A stretch of DNA of 64,000 nucleotides. Origin: Cenococcum geophilum. Lineage: Eukaryota. Below the pieces are notes generated by a model. The model was not told where the DNA came from. It did not search any database and worked only from the letters and a program-made list of their open reading frames with translations. Made by a program: the position numbers and the translations under genes. Shown piece after piece: positions 1 to 11,689 of the stretch. Where the stretch lies: assembly GCA_050273025.1 (NCBI GenBank), contig CP158635.1, forward strand, positions 16,988,001 to 17,052,000. The letters run 5' to 3'. Each line of letters opens with the position of its first letter. The first letter of the stretch is position 1.

Positions 1-1293
1 ATAAGTATTGCCAAGACATCCATGTCTAGCAAAATTATAGGATCGGACTCGGATTTCTTCGCCAACATGGTTGTGGACGCCATGCAGTCTGTCAAGTCTG
101 TCAACAACAAGAACGAAGTCAGATACCCTGTCAAGGCTGTGAATATCCTTAAAGCACATGGAAAGAGCGCCACGGAATCAATATTAGTCAAGGGCTATGC
201 ACTGAATTGCACCGTCGCCTCACAAGCCATGACTACGCGGGTTCCAGACGCTAAAATTGCTTGTTTAGACATAAATTTGCAGAAAGAACGGATGAAGTTG
301 GGTGTGCAGATTACAATCGACGATCCGCAACAGCTCGAGAAAATCCGCGAACGGGAAGCCGGTATTGTAGTCGAGCGTGTGGAGATGGTCCTCAAAGCAG
401 GTGCCAACGCTGTCTTTACAACCAAAGGAATTGACGAGCTATGCCTAAAGCTTTTTGTCGAGAAAGGTGCTATGGCCGTACGGAGGTGCAAGAAGGAGGA
501 TTTGCGCAGGATAGCAAAAGCGACAGGTGCCACACTTGTCTCCTCGCTCTCCGATCTCAATGGCGACGAGAAGTTTGAGCCGTCATTGCTAGGTCAAGCG
601 GAAGAGGTGGTACAGGAGCGTATCTCGGACGATGAATGTATTCTCGTTAAAGGCACGAAAGTACACTCTTCTGCCTCTATTATCTTGCGGGGTGCCAACG
701 ACTACTCCCTTGACGAGATGGAACGCTCCGTCCATGACTCTCTCTCCGCCGTGAAACGAACCCTTGAAAGTGGACGCATAGTGCCCGGTGGTGGTGCCGT
801 TGAAACTGCGCTACACATCTACCTAGAAGAGTGGGCAACCTCTGTAGTAAGTTGACTCCCTGTAATCCCTTAAATGCCAGGCTCTAAATCAAACAAGGGT
901 TCTCGCGAACAACTCGCCATCGGCGCTTTCGCCCAATCCCTCCTATCCATCCCGAAAACGCTCGCCGTCAACGCCGCCAAGGACTCGTCCGAGCTAGTTG
1001 CGCAGCTACGCTCCCGACATGCACTCAGCCAGCGCACAGCCGACGATCCAGCCGCAACAACAGACCAAAAAGCGCTTGCCCGCTCTAAGAACTACAAGAA
1101 CTACGGACTAGACCTCGTGAACGGGAAGGTCGTTGACGAGATCAAGGCGGGCGTACTAGAGCCATCTATGAGCAAGGTGAAGCAGCTGAAGAGCGCGGTT
1201 GAGGCATGTGTCGCTATTATGCGAATTGATACACTGATTAAGCTGGATCCGGAGGAGAGGGGAAATCCAGATGACGATGGGCATGGGCATTAG
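1..1293 (+). CDS. CCT1: T-complex protein 1 subunit alpha (CCT chaperonin), 5'-partial; intron 847-897
   Basis: Motifs [62 protein letters not shown]...AAG intron joins ORFs 22-855 and 874-1293. Confidence 0.95.
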
Positions 1294-1760
1294 TGGGACA
1301 TAGTAAGAGGATATGAAAAAGTTATGAAAGGTAAAAGAACCGAGAGCCTGGTTTTGGTTTGTAATTCTAGAGCTCGGTTCTATGAGTATTCTACGTAAGA
1401 TATTCTAGTCGCATGACGAGCTATAGAATACAAGAGAGTGCATGAAGTTTTTGTCGCCCTCTCGCGTTGAAGTGATCACATATTAGTCATAGCCGTAGCC
1501 TGTCCCTGAGCCTGCCGGGGAGGACATGGAGACAAAAAGATGTGCCTTGGAGTGTAAAGCGTCTCCCTCTCAAAAATTCCAAATGCCACGTAATGAAGTG
1601 CGGCCTGAATATATGCAGCCCTGAACACGGGATGATACCGACAACGCCGTTTGAAAACGCCGTACTCCCCTGACGGCCTTGCCATGTCCACGCCACCTAC
1701 ATTTCCCACTCATGATTGCATTGCCTCACATCTTTAAAGGAGCATGACCGTCACCTGGTA

Positions 1761-4700
1761 CTACTCTCCCCTTAATTGTGCTCTCAGTCCAACAACCTCC
1801 CTCTTAAGCCGCCCATTCTCCTTCCGAAGTCTGCCCAGCTCCTCTTGCTGCTCTTTCATTTTTCTCTGCATCTCCTCTTCTCCCTGACCTTTCTTAACTC
1901 CTTTCAATACTTTGGCTAGCTCTTCGTTAAATTTCGCATACAAAGCCTCATTCTCAGCGTTCGCTTCCCGATACAATTCGTCTAGCTTCTTGACGCGGGA
2001 CTCGGAGACCTGAAGTGATGAGGTGAGATCAGAAGAAATAGATGAAGTGCGGGCGTTGATAATATCCAGAGAAGTACGCATACTAGTTTCGAGGGCTGCT
2101 ACACGTGCTTCGAGTTTGGTGGGTGATGCGGTGGTAGGTGGAGCCGAGGTTGCGGTGGTAAGACGTGGTGGTTTTGTAGAAGAAAGAGCAGCTAACTCAG
2201 TCCCTATAGCAGAGAGTTCAGCTTGCAATTCCCTCGATGCGGAATCAATTGCTCTTTGCTCGTTTTGGAGGCGCTCACGGAGCTTCTGGGGGCTTTGCAT
2301 GCGTAGCTTCTTTGGCGGTGATGCGGTAGTGCCCGGTTTCGTGGGCGAAACTGGGGCGGGTGGTATTTTTGTGGCGTTGCCAGAAGTGGGACGCTCGGAG
2401 AGGCCTCCGCTGCTGCTGGGCGTACTTCTTAGGGTCGGGATTCCAGATACTGAGTCGGTGCGTCGCTTGGAAGGACTGTGCGACGTGATGGTGACTTCGT
2501 CAGATTTAGCAGCCGCTGGGGTTGCCTTTAGAGTAGGGCGGTTGAGGGTATGCCGATCGAGTGCATTGGCTGGAGAATTTTCTTTGCGCATCGGTGATCC
2601 GAGACGGGTAGGTGTTGGGATATGTGTCGGTTTCGTAGGCGATGGAGTACGAGGGGAAGCGCTACTTTGCCGTGTACCACGTTGACCGGAGTCGAGTCTA
2701 CGTGGTGTCTGTGGAGACCACGTAGGGGTATTGTTAGCAGATGCTTGTAAAACCTTCAGGTCGGATAGCGAACTACGTCGCTTCTTTCTAGGAGGTCCTG
2801 AAGCAGGTACCTCTCCAATAGTCCCAAGACCTGCGCCTACGAAAGGACGGCCAGAATGTCCCTCTCCATTCTCGAACGAAAAGGCTCCAAGCACTGTGGG
2901 TCGGTCGCGGGATACTGGCCGTTTGGGTGAGATTCGGATGTTGGCGTCAGTGGAATTGGATCGGCCTATTGAAGCCGCTTTGGATAAACTCGGTGGCTGA
3001 CTCTCCCCCCCATGGCTGCTTTTGCTCAATGTACGCCAAAGTGATCCGACCTTAGATTCGTGTTCGGACTTGCTATTTTCTCTGCTCAGCGTCCCAAAGC
3101 CGAAACGTTTTCTCAAGGACGAAGCATTCGAGCTCAATGAACCTGTGTTAGCAGCACGTGCTCGCGTATCAGAATTCATTGAGCCATAGTTAGGCGTAGC
3201 AAGTCCACTAGATGCCTGCCCACCAAATAGAGAGTCGGTATCCTCAATAAAGCGATCGAGCAAGGAGATGAAATCGATGGGGTTGCCTTCAGGAACTAGG
3301 ACCTCTGCAAAAGCGGCTGTTAATATGCCACGATCTCCGTCATTGCCAGTCCCGTCGAGCAAGTCGTCAAGCAGCTTTATGATCGCTTGCAATGAGCGTT
3401 GATTTTGGGGCGTCATGTCGTTGTAGGTCAATCGAAAGAACTCCTCAAACTCGCCAGGGTAAAGGCTGTCTGATTTCGATTGCATCGAATTCAAAGTGGA
3501 CTGGGAGACCACTGGGCCCATTTTCTGTTTCCAAGCAACCTTCAGGAACTTCTCGAACGCAGCAAACAGTATGTCCACGGGTGCTTGCGCCGCCACTTGA
3601 TGATTATTTGGGTCTTCTAAAAGAGAGTTGTATAGTTCATTGATGACGAGTTCATCAGCACCAGCTCTTGCGCGTATGGTTCTTCCCACTATATTTCCCT
3701 TCCTGGCATGCAATGCCAAAATATATGTCGCAAACGTCTCTTCCAGCTTAAACAAGGGGTCATGCATCATATCAGCGGCATTATTAAAGCCCACTGTCCT
3801 TCCAGAAGAAGTGGGTCGGGACGACTCTCCATCTCGGCTCTGCGTCCTTGCGGGGGTAGGCATCATTCGGGGAATCTCGCCAAGTGATGGCTGTTGTGAA
3901 CGATGTAGTTTTCGACTGCCGCCGGGCTCTTTGGCAACACTGCCGCCAAATAGGTTGGATAACATCTTGACCGGTGATTGAGGGCGAAATGCGCGCTGTT
4001 GAGGATTCTCTTCTTCACCGCCTTCAACTTGAAGCTTTAGGGATTTAAGAGTATGCAGATTCCGGAGTAGAAGCGCCGTAGCTAAGGCCGGATTCTTGAT
4101 GTTGTTGTGCATCTGAAGAAAGTTGCTTACTAGAAATTATCAATCTCAGCCCTTCTCAATGCTCGCATATTATATCTGGGGGTGGAGGCAGCTGCTTCCG
4201 TTATATGGTAACTTGGGTTTTTTTTCGATATATCTCTTACGAAACATACCGACCCATAATTTTTACACTGACATTGAGTGACGATGGGAGGGAAACAAAT
4301 TGAAAACATTGTACTCACGTCGCTTAGTTAAAACAGGTAGGAACTCAGTGGTCATCAGACGGTCGCGAGTTGCGAAGTTATTTGAGCCTGCAATCTCCAA
4401 AAGGTAGAATTTTTCGTCTAACTTCGAAATGATGACAGATGCTTCAACACCTTCCTGCCTAACACTAATCTCCTTTGAACCGCTAGATGGATCAATGACC
4501 ACTCTGATCATGGCTGGTTCTCTGCGGCCTTCGATTTGCTGACCTTCAATTTCCTCAAAGATCGCTGAGAACAAACTGAGGTCACCAGAAACGCTGCGAA
4601 CTTCCCATGTGTGATTTTCGCGCTCAGTCTCCGAGAATCTTCCCTCCACTCTAGCTTTAACTACTTCTTCTACCAGTCTATTGACTTTCCCTTCGTAAGA

Positions 4701-6539
4701 CCCTGTTAAGTAGAACATTCGAAAGCCGACATTGTTGCTTGGACGATCATGACTTCGGGGTCTTCCGGCATGGCTTGCTGGCATATTCGAGGAGGTAAGC
4801 TGAAGAATATTGCCACCCGAGTGTTCACTGAGGAACACATTACTGAGCTGCGACTGCTGATGAAATATGATCTCTGAAGATCCGGCCAATGTTTCTGCAA
4901 CCTTCGGGTTATCGAGTTCGGCGAGAATACTCCGTGCAGAAACGCTGCTTCCTGCAGGTTTGTGGAGTATGACAATGTGGCTAGTAAAAAGTAAGAGAGT
5001 TCCAGATGTCGATCCAGGACCATGTAACTCTGCATGGTAGGGTGGTGAGAGTTCGACCACATCTATAGCAGTAATGAAGCGCCCTTGTGGTTGGAATGTA
5101 AGCGGCCAAGAGAAAACAAGTTTTCGAAGGCGATCAACCACTTTGATCTGCTGGGCCGAAGAGTCCCTAGAACAGATTTCCGAAATAATATCCCTAGCCT
5201 TGAGAAATAACCTCAAAGCAGGATGCCTGACAGGGAGTTGCTTGACAATATTGTCGATATACAGATTGTATCGTGGAAGACGTTGCACGGGTTCAATAAG
5301 CATGGACATTAGCCTCTGCTCTCCTGTCTCATGTACTCGCTTGGAGAAGCTCGAACCCGTCTCCTTCATGAAGACCTTGAGGAACTGCGAGAATTCAGCG
5401 TGAGCTTGAATATAGCTAGTGTAGCAGTCGCCAAATTTTGGGAACCATTCCACCAGGCTCTTAGCTAATGCAAGTGCGCCAGTAACGTCAGGCGAATCTT
5501 TTTGCCCACGCGGTGGAGCAATAAAAGTGTCATCAGTAGATGATTCAATGTCATTGATTGCATCGTTCTCCGTCTCTTCCAAAATGACCCTTATAGCCTC
5601 CATGAAACTGGCATTAACTTCGAGGATTTGATCAAGGCTTGGAGGGAAAAGACCTTTGAGAGCTTGCTCACTTGGGCTTGGGCTCCCATTGCTCTTGGTT
5701 CTTGCCTTCTGACGGAAATCTGCTGCAACGCTGTGTATCAAGTCGTATATTTTGCTGACATAGCTCTCTTCGGTATCCAGGAGCTCACACATCTCCCGTC
5801 TGAGATTCTCCTTTTGCTTTCTTGAGAACGCCTGAGTTCGGTTGAGAGCTGTGGGTTTCGAGGGTGCTCGGCGGAGCTTCGAAGTAGGGAGGAAAGCAGT
5901 CTCTCCAAATAATTTGACCACCGGCGCATACTGTCCGTACCTCTGATTGAGAAGATCGTCTCCGGACTCGTCAAACTGTGTCGACTCCCGAGGATTATCT
6001 AGTTTCCTGATAGATCCAGGAGGCAGCACCACATCCAAATCTAGCCATGACAACGTCTGCTCAGCCAAAGATTGCTTTACGTCCCGAATGATCTCTTCAA
6101 CATTTTCAACCCTAACCATGCGACTAGCAAGGATAGCAGCGTGAGACTCGGTGAAGAGCCCGGGAGCGGAGGGCAGTTTTCCCAGCGAATTACATTGCTC
6201 ATCCCAAATGTTCCTGACACTCACAGGTAGCTCCGCAAAGTATTTGTAAAGACTGAATGCGAGTCCTCGACATATCTCATCTCCCTGTTCTTCTCGTGGA
6301 AGGCAATTGACAGCGTCGTAGAAGGATGCGCTCGGTGATATAGTAAGCCGGGGGAAAGAGGTCAGGCCAGCTGGTGAGAAGACATGAGCTTGAATCCGGG
6401 AATGCGTAGCAACCGTAGTAGTCGCGGAAGGACCGTAGAAGACGAGTATTGGGGAGTCCGAGAGAAGTTCATCGGTGGTGTAGAACAAGGACAGATCATC
6501 CGGTGACAAGGCCGGTGGTGCAGGATTGATTGTGACCAT
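1761..6539 (-). CDS. BUD3: Bud3-like Rho guanine nucleotide exchange factor (DH-PH, C-terminal coiled coil), ~1529 aa; intron 4130-4318
   Basis: DH motifs ELLDTEESYV and LIEPVQRLPRYNL; GTGAGT...CTAG intron joins the 761-aa and 783-aa ORFs in frame (KR|LSNFLQMHNN); spliced length 4590 nt. RhoGEF call is firm, Bud3 orthology is from recalled architecture. Confidence 0.8.
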
Positions 6540-6998
6540 CTTAGCCAATTGCGCGTTGAATCAACCCACAGGCTCTGAAATTTTCTAAATCTCCGCTATA
6601 ACCCACCGAAACAACGCGACGAAGGGGTTGAAGGGCGCGCTGAGTCCATCCAAGTACGTGAGCGGGAGCGCGCGTCGACGATGTGAATTAAAAGTGAGGT
6701 AGCAGGTAAACAAGGCGGCCAGGAGACCTTGGCCCAAGCTGCAGGCACCAGAAGCAGCAAATTCCCAGGTGGGGCCCCCAGCTGCATGCCAGATTAAAAG
6801 GTGCGACTCTGGTTTGCCAGGATTCCCCCAGCGAATGGATATTTTTGGAACAACTTTTGGCTAGCTGGGCTGGGCCAGCTGCTCAAAGAGCACAAACGCG
6901 CTTTAGCGACGCGTTTCTCGGAAGGTTTACAAGGCTCGCCGCAGATCATCAACCCCCGCCCACCTTCTACTACGCTCATTGCATCAATTCTTCTCGAC

Positions 6999-8193
6999 AT
7001 GGCTACACAGGATGAAGGAGGCATTCCTTTCTCAATCTCTCAGGAGCAGCAACAATTTCGTCTACTTGAGCTTCCTCCCGCTTTGCTTGACCTCATAGCG
7101 TCTCCGAACCCTCCAGTGTAAACACCACCGCCCCTCCCCCCCTCCGCCTCAGCTAGATACCAGGATCTAACCTGCATAGACTATCCATAAAATCACAAGC
7201 GGTGTCCACCCCGTCCAGTAATCCCAGCTCCAAGCCAGCGTATGCCGTGCTCTGCACCTCGAACAAAACCTTCCAATTACGCCAGGTCCAAACCTCCAAT
7301 TCGGTTTTCGTCACGCAACCCATTTCTGAACCCCAGGGCAACGATATACCTCTACCAGGTCTCGTTATTATAGCAACATGCACAGCAACACTAGAGCTGC
7401 ATCCCGTCTGCGGCTCTGCAATTCCGTACCTTAGAACGGTGCTACCGGTGTACGATACTAGCGAAGATACGGTTGATGCGGGCAACGCACAGAATAAATT
7501 ACAAATCTTCTCAAACATACCACTCTCAGACGATGAATGTGAAGCTGGTTGGCGGGAACTGGTTGCTTTTGAACTAGCTGGCAGCTCTTACAGGCCTACC
7601 GCAAAGACCCTGCTCCAGATTTGGCGGTCAATAAATGCAGCTGCCTCAGCAGAGGGGATCAATCTAGAATCACAATTTCTAACGGATGATCTTCACAAAG
7701 CAATAGAGGATGAAGGATATCCACCGATTCTGTTGACTTCGCTCCTAAGTAGACTAGTAGCTGAGGATGAGAATTCCAGCGGCGCTTGTGAGTTACTCTT
7801 ACTTGTGGTGCAGCTGCTTATATGCTAACCTTGCCTAGGGACATGCCTTGACGCCAAGAAGTGTGTTCAGTGGGTAGGCAGAATGGTATTGGAAGTAAGG
7901 GCAGGTGACTCTGGGCTTCTTACAGCATACTTCCTCGACGCATGGAGAGACTGCCTGCCGGAGGCATGGCGGCAAGAAGCAGAACTCGAGGCAATCCATG
8001 TGCGTCCCCCGGCTAATTCAATGAAAGTGAAAAGGCTAACAATTTGGAGGATTCATATATTCTCCCTACATCTACGACCATTGCTTTCAAAGGAGGCTTA
8101 GAAAGCAGTGAAAAGGGGCCAAGTGAACCAAGCGCAAAGGCCGGGTCATCTCGTAAATGGCACGAAAGATTTGCGAGAGCAAGACGACATTGA
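6999..8193 (+). CDS. DCC1: Sister chromatid cohesion protein Dcc1 (Ctf18-RFC subunit), multi-exon
   Basis: FRLLELPP, AVLCTSNKTFQLRQVQTSNSVF, W.D.LPE.W and C-terminal KWHERF; ATG 6999, TGA 8191-8193; about three short introns. Confidence 0.88.
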
Positions 8194-8365
8194 ATGCAAC
8201 CCAAAAAATTAAATCGCCTGTAGATGCATACCTAAGAATATGCGAGATCTACCTACGTCAACCTCTAAAGTCACGTCTCCCGACCATGCCAATCCCAGAG
8301 TGTTATTTTAGCAAACCAAAATCCAGTATACCTGCAACGCCATCTCGCTCTCCTCTACCACTTCA

Positions 8366-8990
8366 CTAAAAAGGCATCCACTTCATCTCCTCCACGCTCC
8401 AAAACTTCCTCATATTCTCCGCACCTAACTCCTTCACCTCCGCATCTAAATGATTCCACAGAACCTCCCCGAACCCATCCATCACCTCCTTCAGCTCATC
8501 CAGCCTCAGCTCGCGCTCCCCAGTCCTACATTCCTCAAGATAATCCCGCAGCTTCTCCAGCCCCTCGTGGATCTCCTTGTGCTGCGTCAGCAGCTGCAGC
8601 TCCTTGCGGAACGCCGGCATCTTGCGCGCCAGCACAGGGAAGATGTGCGCCTCCTCGATGCCGTGGTGCGTCTCCAGGTGCGAGCAGAAGTCTAACCCCG
8701 TGCTGAGGAATTGGCGCAGTGAGAGGTGCACGGGGCGCCGTGAGGTCGTGCAGGCCGTATAAAGCGTGTTCCAGGTCGCGCGGAACATGTTGTGCTGGGG
8801 AGAGCGTCAGTTGAAGGAACTTTGGAGGGGGAGGGTGGCGGGGGTTAACGTAGTAGTCCATGTGCTCCGCCATGCGGTTGTAGATGCGGAACTCGGAGGG
8901 GGAGAGTTTGGGGAGCTTTTCCTCTGCCGCAGGAGCTTCTTGCGCAGGCTGAGCTGCTGCAGGAGGCTGTTGGGACTCTGCGTCCGCCAT
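8366..8990 (-). CDS. Hemerythrin/HHE cation-binding domain protein; intron 8795-8849
   Basis: H..FR, HL..HH.IEE..IFP.L, H..IH, HL..E iron-ligand pattern; spliced junction MDYY|HNMFR. Confidence 0.85.
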
Positions 8991-10586
8991 TGTAGAGTAG
9001 CTGGGATACTTTTTGAAGTCTGAGGCGGAGTGGTTCGCGGAGGTGTGCTTGGAGAAGCGGGAGGAATTGGCCGAAAACTCACGCGAGACAGCTTCCTTAA
9101 GATACTGCCAGGCTGCATGAGAATGAGCTGCGTGATCCTTAATGGGCTGGTGCCCAAGCTGTTCACATTCATATTCCTCGATTACCAAAATGGTTCAAAG
9201 AAAACCCCATGCCGGCGATCTGAGGGTCCGGGAGCCGGTAATGCGGATTACGCTTATAAATCGAGTGTGGACTTGGTATCACGGTGCTAAAAGATAACAT
9301 CGATTTTCTTCACGAATGCCTTCAAACAGCAGCAGATACGGTAATATTTTACGCGTGGCAGATTAGTAACTAGCTGACAGCCCGTTTTGATGTGCCTAAA
9401 TAGGGAGATGGTTATGAGGTAGTGTTGAACCGTGCAGAAAGGCCTCACTGTAGAAAGGCACCAAATTCCATAAGTTATTCATTTCGGTTTACACTTTCAT
9501 CGTTTGCAACGATTGAAAGAATATGTCATTATAGCTGCACTAAAGAAAAACTCCAGGGGAAACTAAATTGCAGCACGCATATCATTCTATCATTAATCAC
9601 ATTTCTTCTTTCCGTCTCCTGTCCCAGTCTCATTTGCAGTGTCCGAAGTTATTCTCAGTGTGGTCCATGGTTCCTCATGCGCAGTCTGGTTTAGCCAAGT
9701 CTCCATTCCGCATAATACCGTATTCTTCTTCTGGTCATACTTAGATGAGTTACCATCGGTCGGTGACGTGCCATTTGCACAGGAAGCGGTCGAGGACAGA
9801 GTCATGCGTTTGGCCTATTGCACAGTCATCTTAGCAAGGCTGGTGATGCAGTGGCGTGCAAAAGGAGAGGAAGACCTGTTCTTGTATGGCTTTGCTATTT
9901 GCCCTGTTAAACGTCGCTCTATTCCCTTGAGCACTCTCATCGTGGGAAGACCTCGGTATACTTGGCATGACCGGCGAACAGCAGAGCTGTCACTGTGGTT
10001 AACGGTGGCCATCATTAGCGTTCAGCTTTTCTATGAACTCACCTTGAAAAGGGTTTAGAAAGGGTGCCGGTACTCAGGACAACTCGAAGAAAACGTCGGG
10101 GGCTGGCTTGGGCTATGTTCATCATGGGCAAGAAGGAACTCTCACATTTATGTCTGCCAGCACCGTGGTCTTTGACTGTCGGTTGTCTTGCTGGTCTATT
10201 ACAGAAGCTGATAACCGGAATAATCTGCGAGGAACTTGTGTAAAACATTCTCATTTGACCACATGTCCGTCCAAGTTACGTATCCAAAGTGACTGGGGGC
10301 TATCATCGGCCCATTAAGGGCCTGCAGCAGTGCCATTTTGTCGAAAAACGCCTTATCTGCGAAGACATTCACGGCAATGTATCTCATCCAGTGCTCCTTC
10401 ATGCAAGAAACTTATGTCTTCGAAGATTACTCGCCAGTCAAGCGAGTGCAGGGGGTCGCCAGAGGGGCAGTCTCATGTACGGAACTTGTGCTGCAGGGAG
10501 GAAACTTGTGCGAGCGAATCGCAAGCGTCGCTTGTCTGATTTTGGGTGAGTAGCCTTCTCGCCCCAAGTGTCACCGGGCTGGTGAC

Positions 10587-10654
10587 GATGTAGTTGTCGC
10601 ATTGGCCCGTCGGATCTTTGGATGTAGTTATCGCATTGGCCCGTCGGATCTTTG
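10587..10654. repeat. 34-bp direct tandem duplication (2 copies, 1 mismatch)
   Basis: gatgtagttRtcgcattggcccgtcggatctttg at 10587-10620 and 10621-10654. Confidence 0.9.
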
Positions 10655-10757
10655 GCCTAGGCTGAGCGTTCTTCCAACGAACTCTGTCCTTACTCTCAAC
10701 TTCTAATCTTGCACCACCTATTCTACTCAACGGATTGTTCAGGATGGACAATACCCC

Positions 10758-11280
10758 ATGCAACCGCCTCCAGCGCCTCTGCTGCCACGAGCCCGATACC
10801 CAGAAACCGCTCAGGACTGGGAACCGCGCAAAGAGATGATCGCCAATCTATACCAGGGTATGGAGCTTCGTGAAGTTATGGAGATCATGAAAGATCAATA
10901 CAACTTCGCGCCAACGTACGTCGAGGAAGCGTACGCTAAAGGCTCGGCTCACATGTCCGATACCGCCGATAGGTTGCCTTACATGATTTCCTTTGCTACC
11001 ATTAAGTTATATGATTCGAAGAGTTCCTTAACAACTTACCCATAGGCTAAATCAATACAAGAAGCAGATCTCCAAGTGGGGCCTAGACAAGAAAGCGTAT
11101 CAAAGGTGTAGAGTACAAGGCCATAGTAAAAAAGAAAAGAAAACGAGAGCTAGAGGCATCCGGGAAAGTATCTTAGTTCATTCTTCACGGCGAAGAAGTA
11201 CCAGTCAAAGATTGCCCCTTTTGAGGAAAGAATGCAAAGATCTGGTAAGATTAATGAGGAAGGCACCCTGTCGGATGTTG
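10758..11280 (+). pseudogene. Clr5-domain gene remnant with frameshifts and a premature stop
   Basis: DWEPRKEMIANLY..MELREVMEIMKDQYNFAPT|LNQYKKQISKWGLDK is a Clr5 pattern (intron ~10916-11045); the expected continuation RIKGVEYKAIVKKKRKR...S*FILHGEEV lies in another frame with an in-frame TAG. Confidence 0.65.
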
Positions 11281-11689
11281 GTGAGCACAACCAATTTTCT
11301 AGATCGGGCATGGGCGTATGTAGTTGACTTCATCCACAGTAACACCTGCGAGTCTGGCATGCCTTACGCCCAAACCCACAACCCTCAATATCGCGGAACC
11401 CGCTAGCCATCCTACGAATGTGAACCCCCAATCATCCGATGAGTTGTGGTCCCCCATGCCGACCAGGAGATGGGACAAAACAGGATTCGTCACTAGCAAC
11501 ACTAGAGTTGCAGCCAAATCCAGTCATCCAAATCCTTCTCTCGCAATCCCCGACTAGTTCCTGTCCTTCGTCCAGCACAGAGAGTCTGTTACTCGTTGCG
11601 AATATCCCCAGCCTCTACAACAGTGATCTATTTGGATTGGCGTGACGTGGATCTGAGATCAAATCCACTCCACGTTCTCAATATTTGGA

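Noticed and set aside
2023..2685. 220-aa plus-strand ORF and similar antisense ORFs over PhoD, NBP35 and UBA1
   Set aside because: Shadow frames antisense to well-supported genes, with no recognisable motifs.
9400..10560. Several 60-140-aa ORFs between the hemerythrin gene and the Clr5 remnant
   Set aside because: No recognisable domain or coherent exon chain; may be a decayed gene but cannot be supported by eye.
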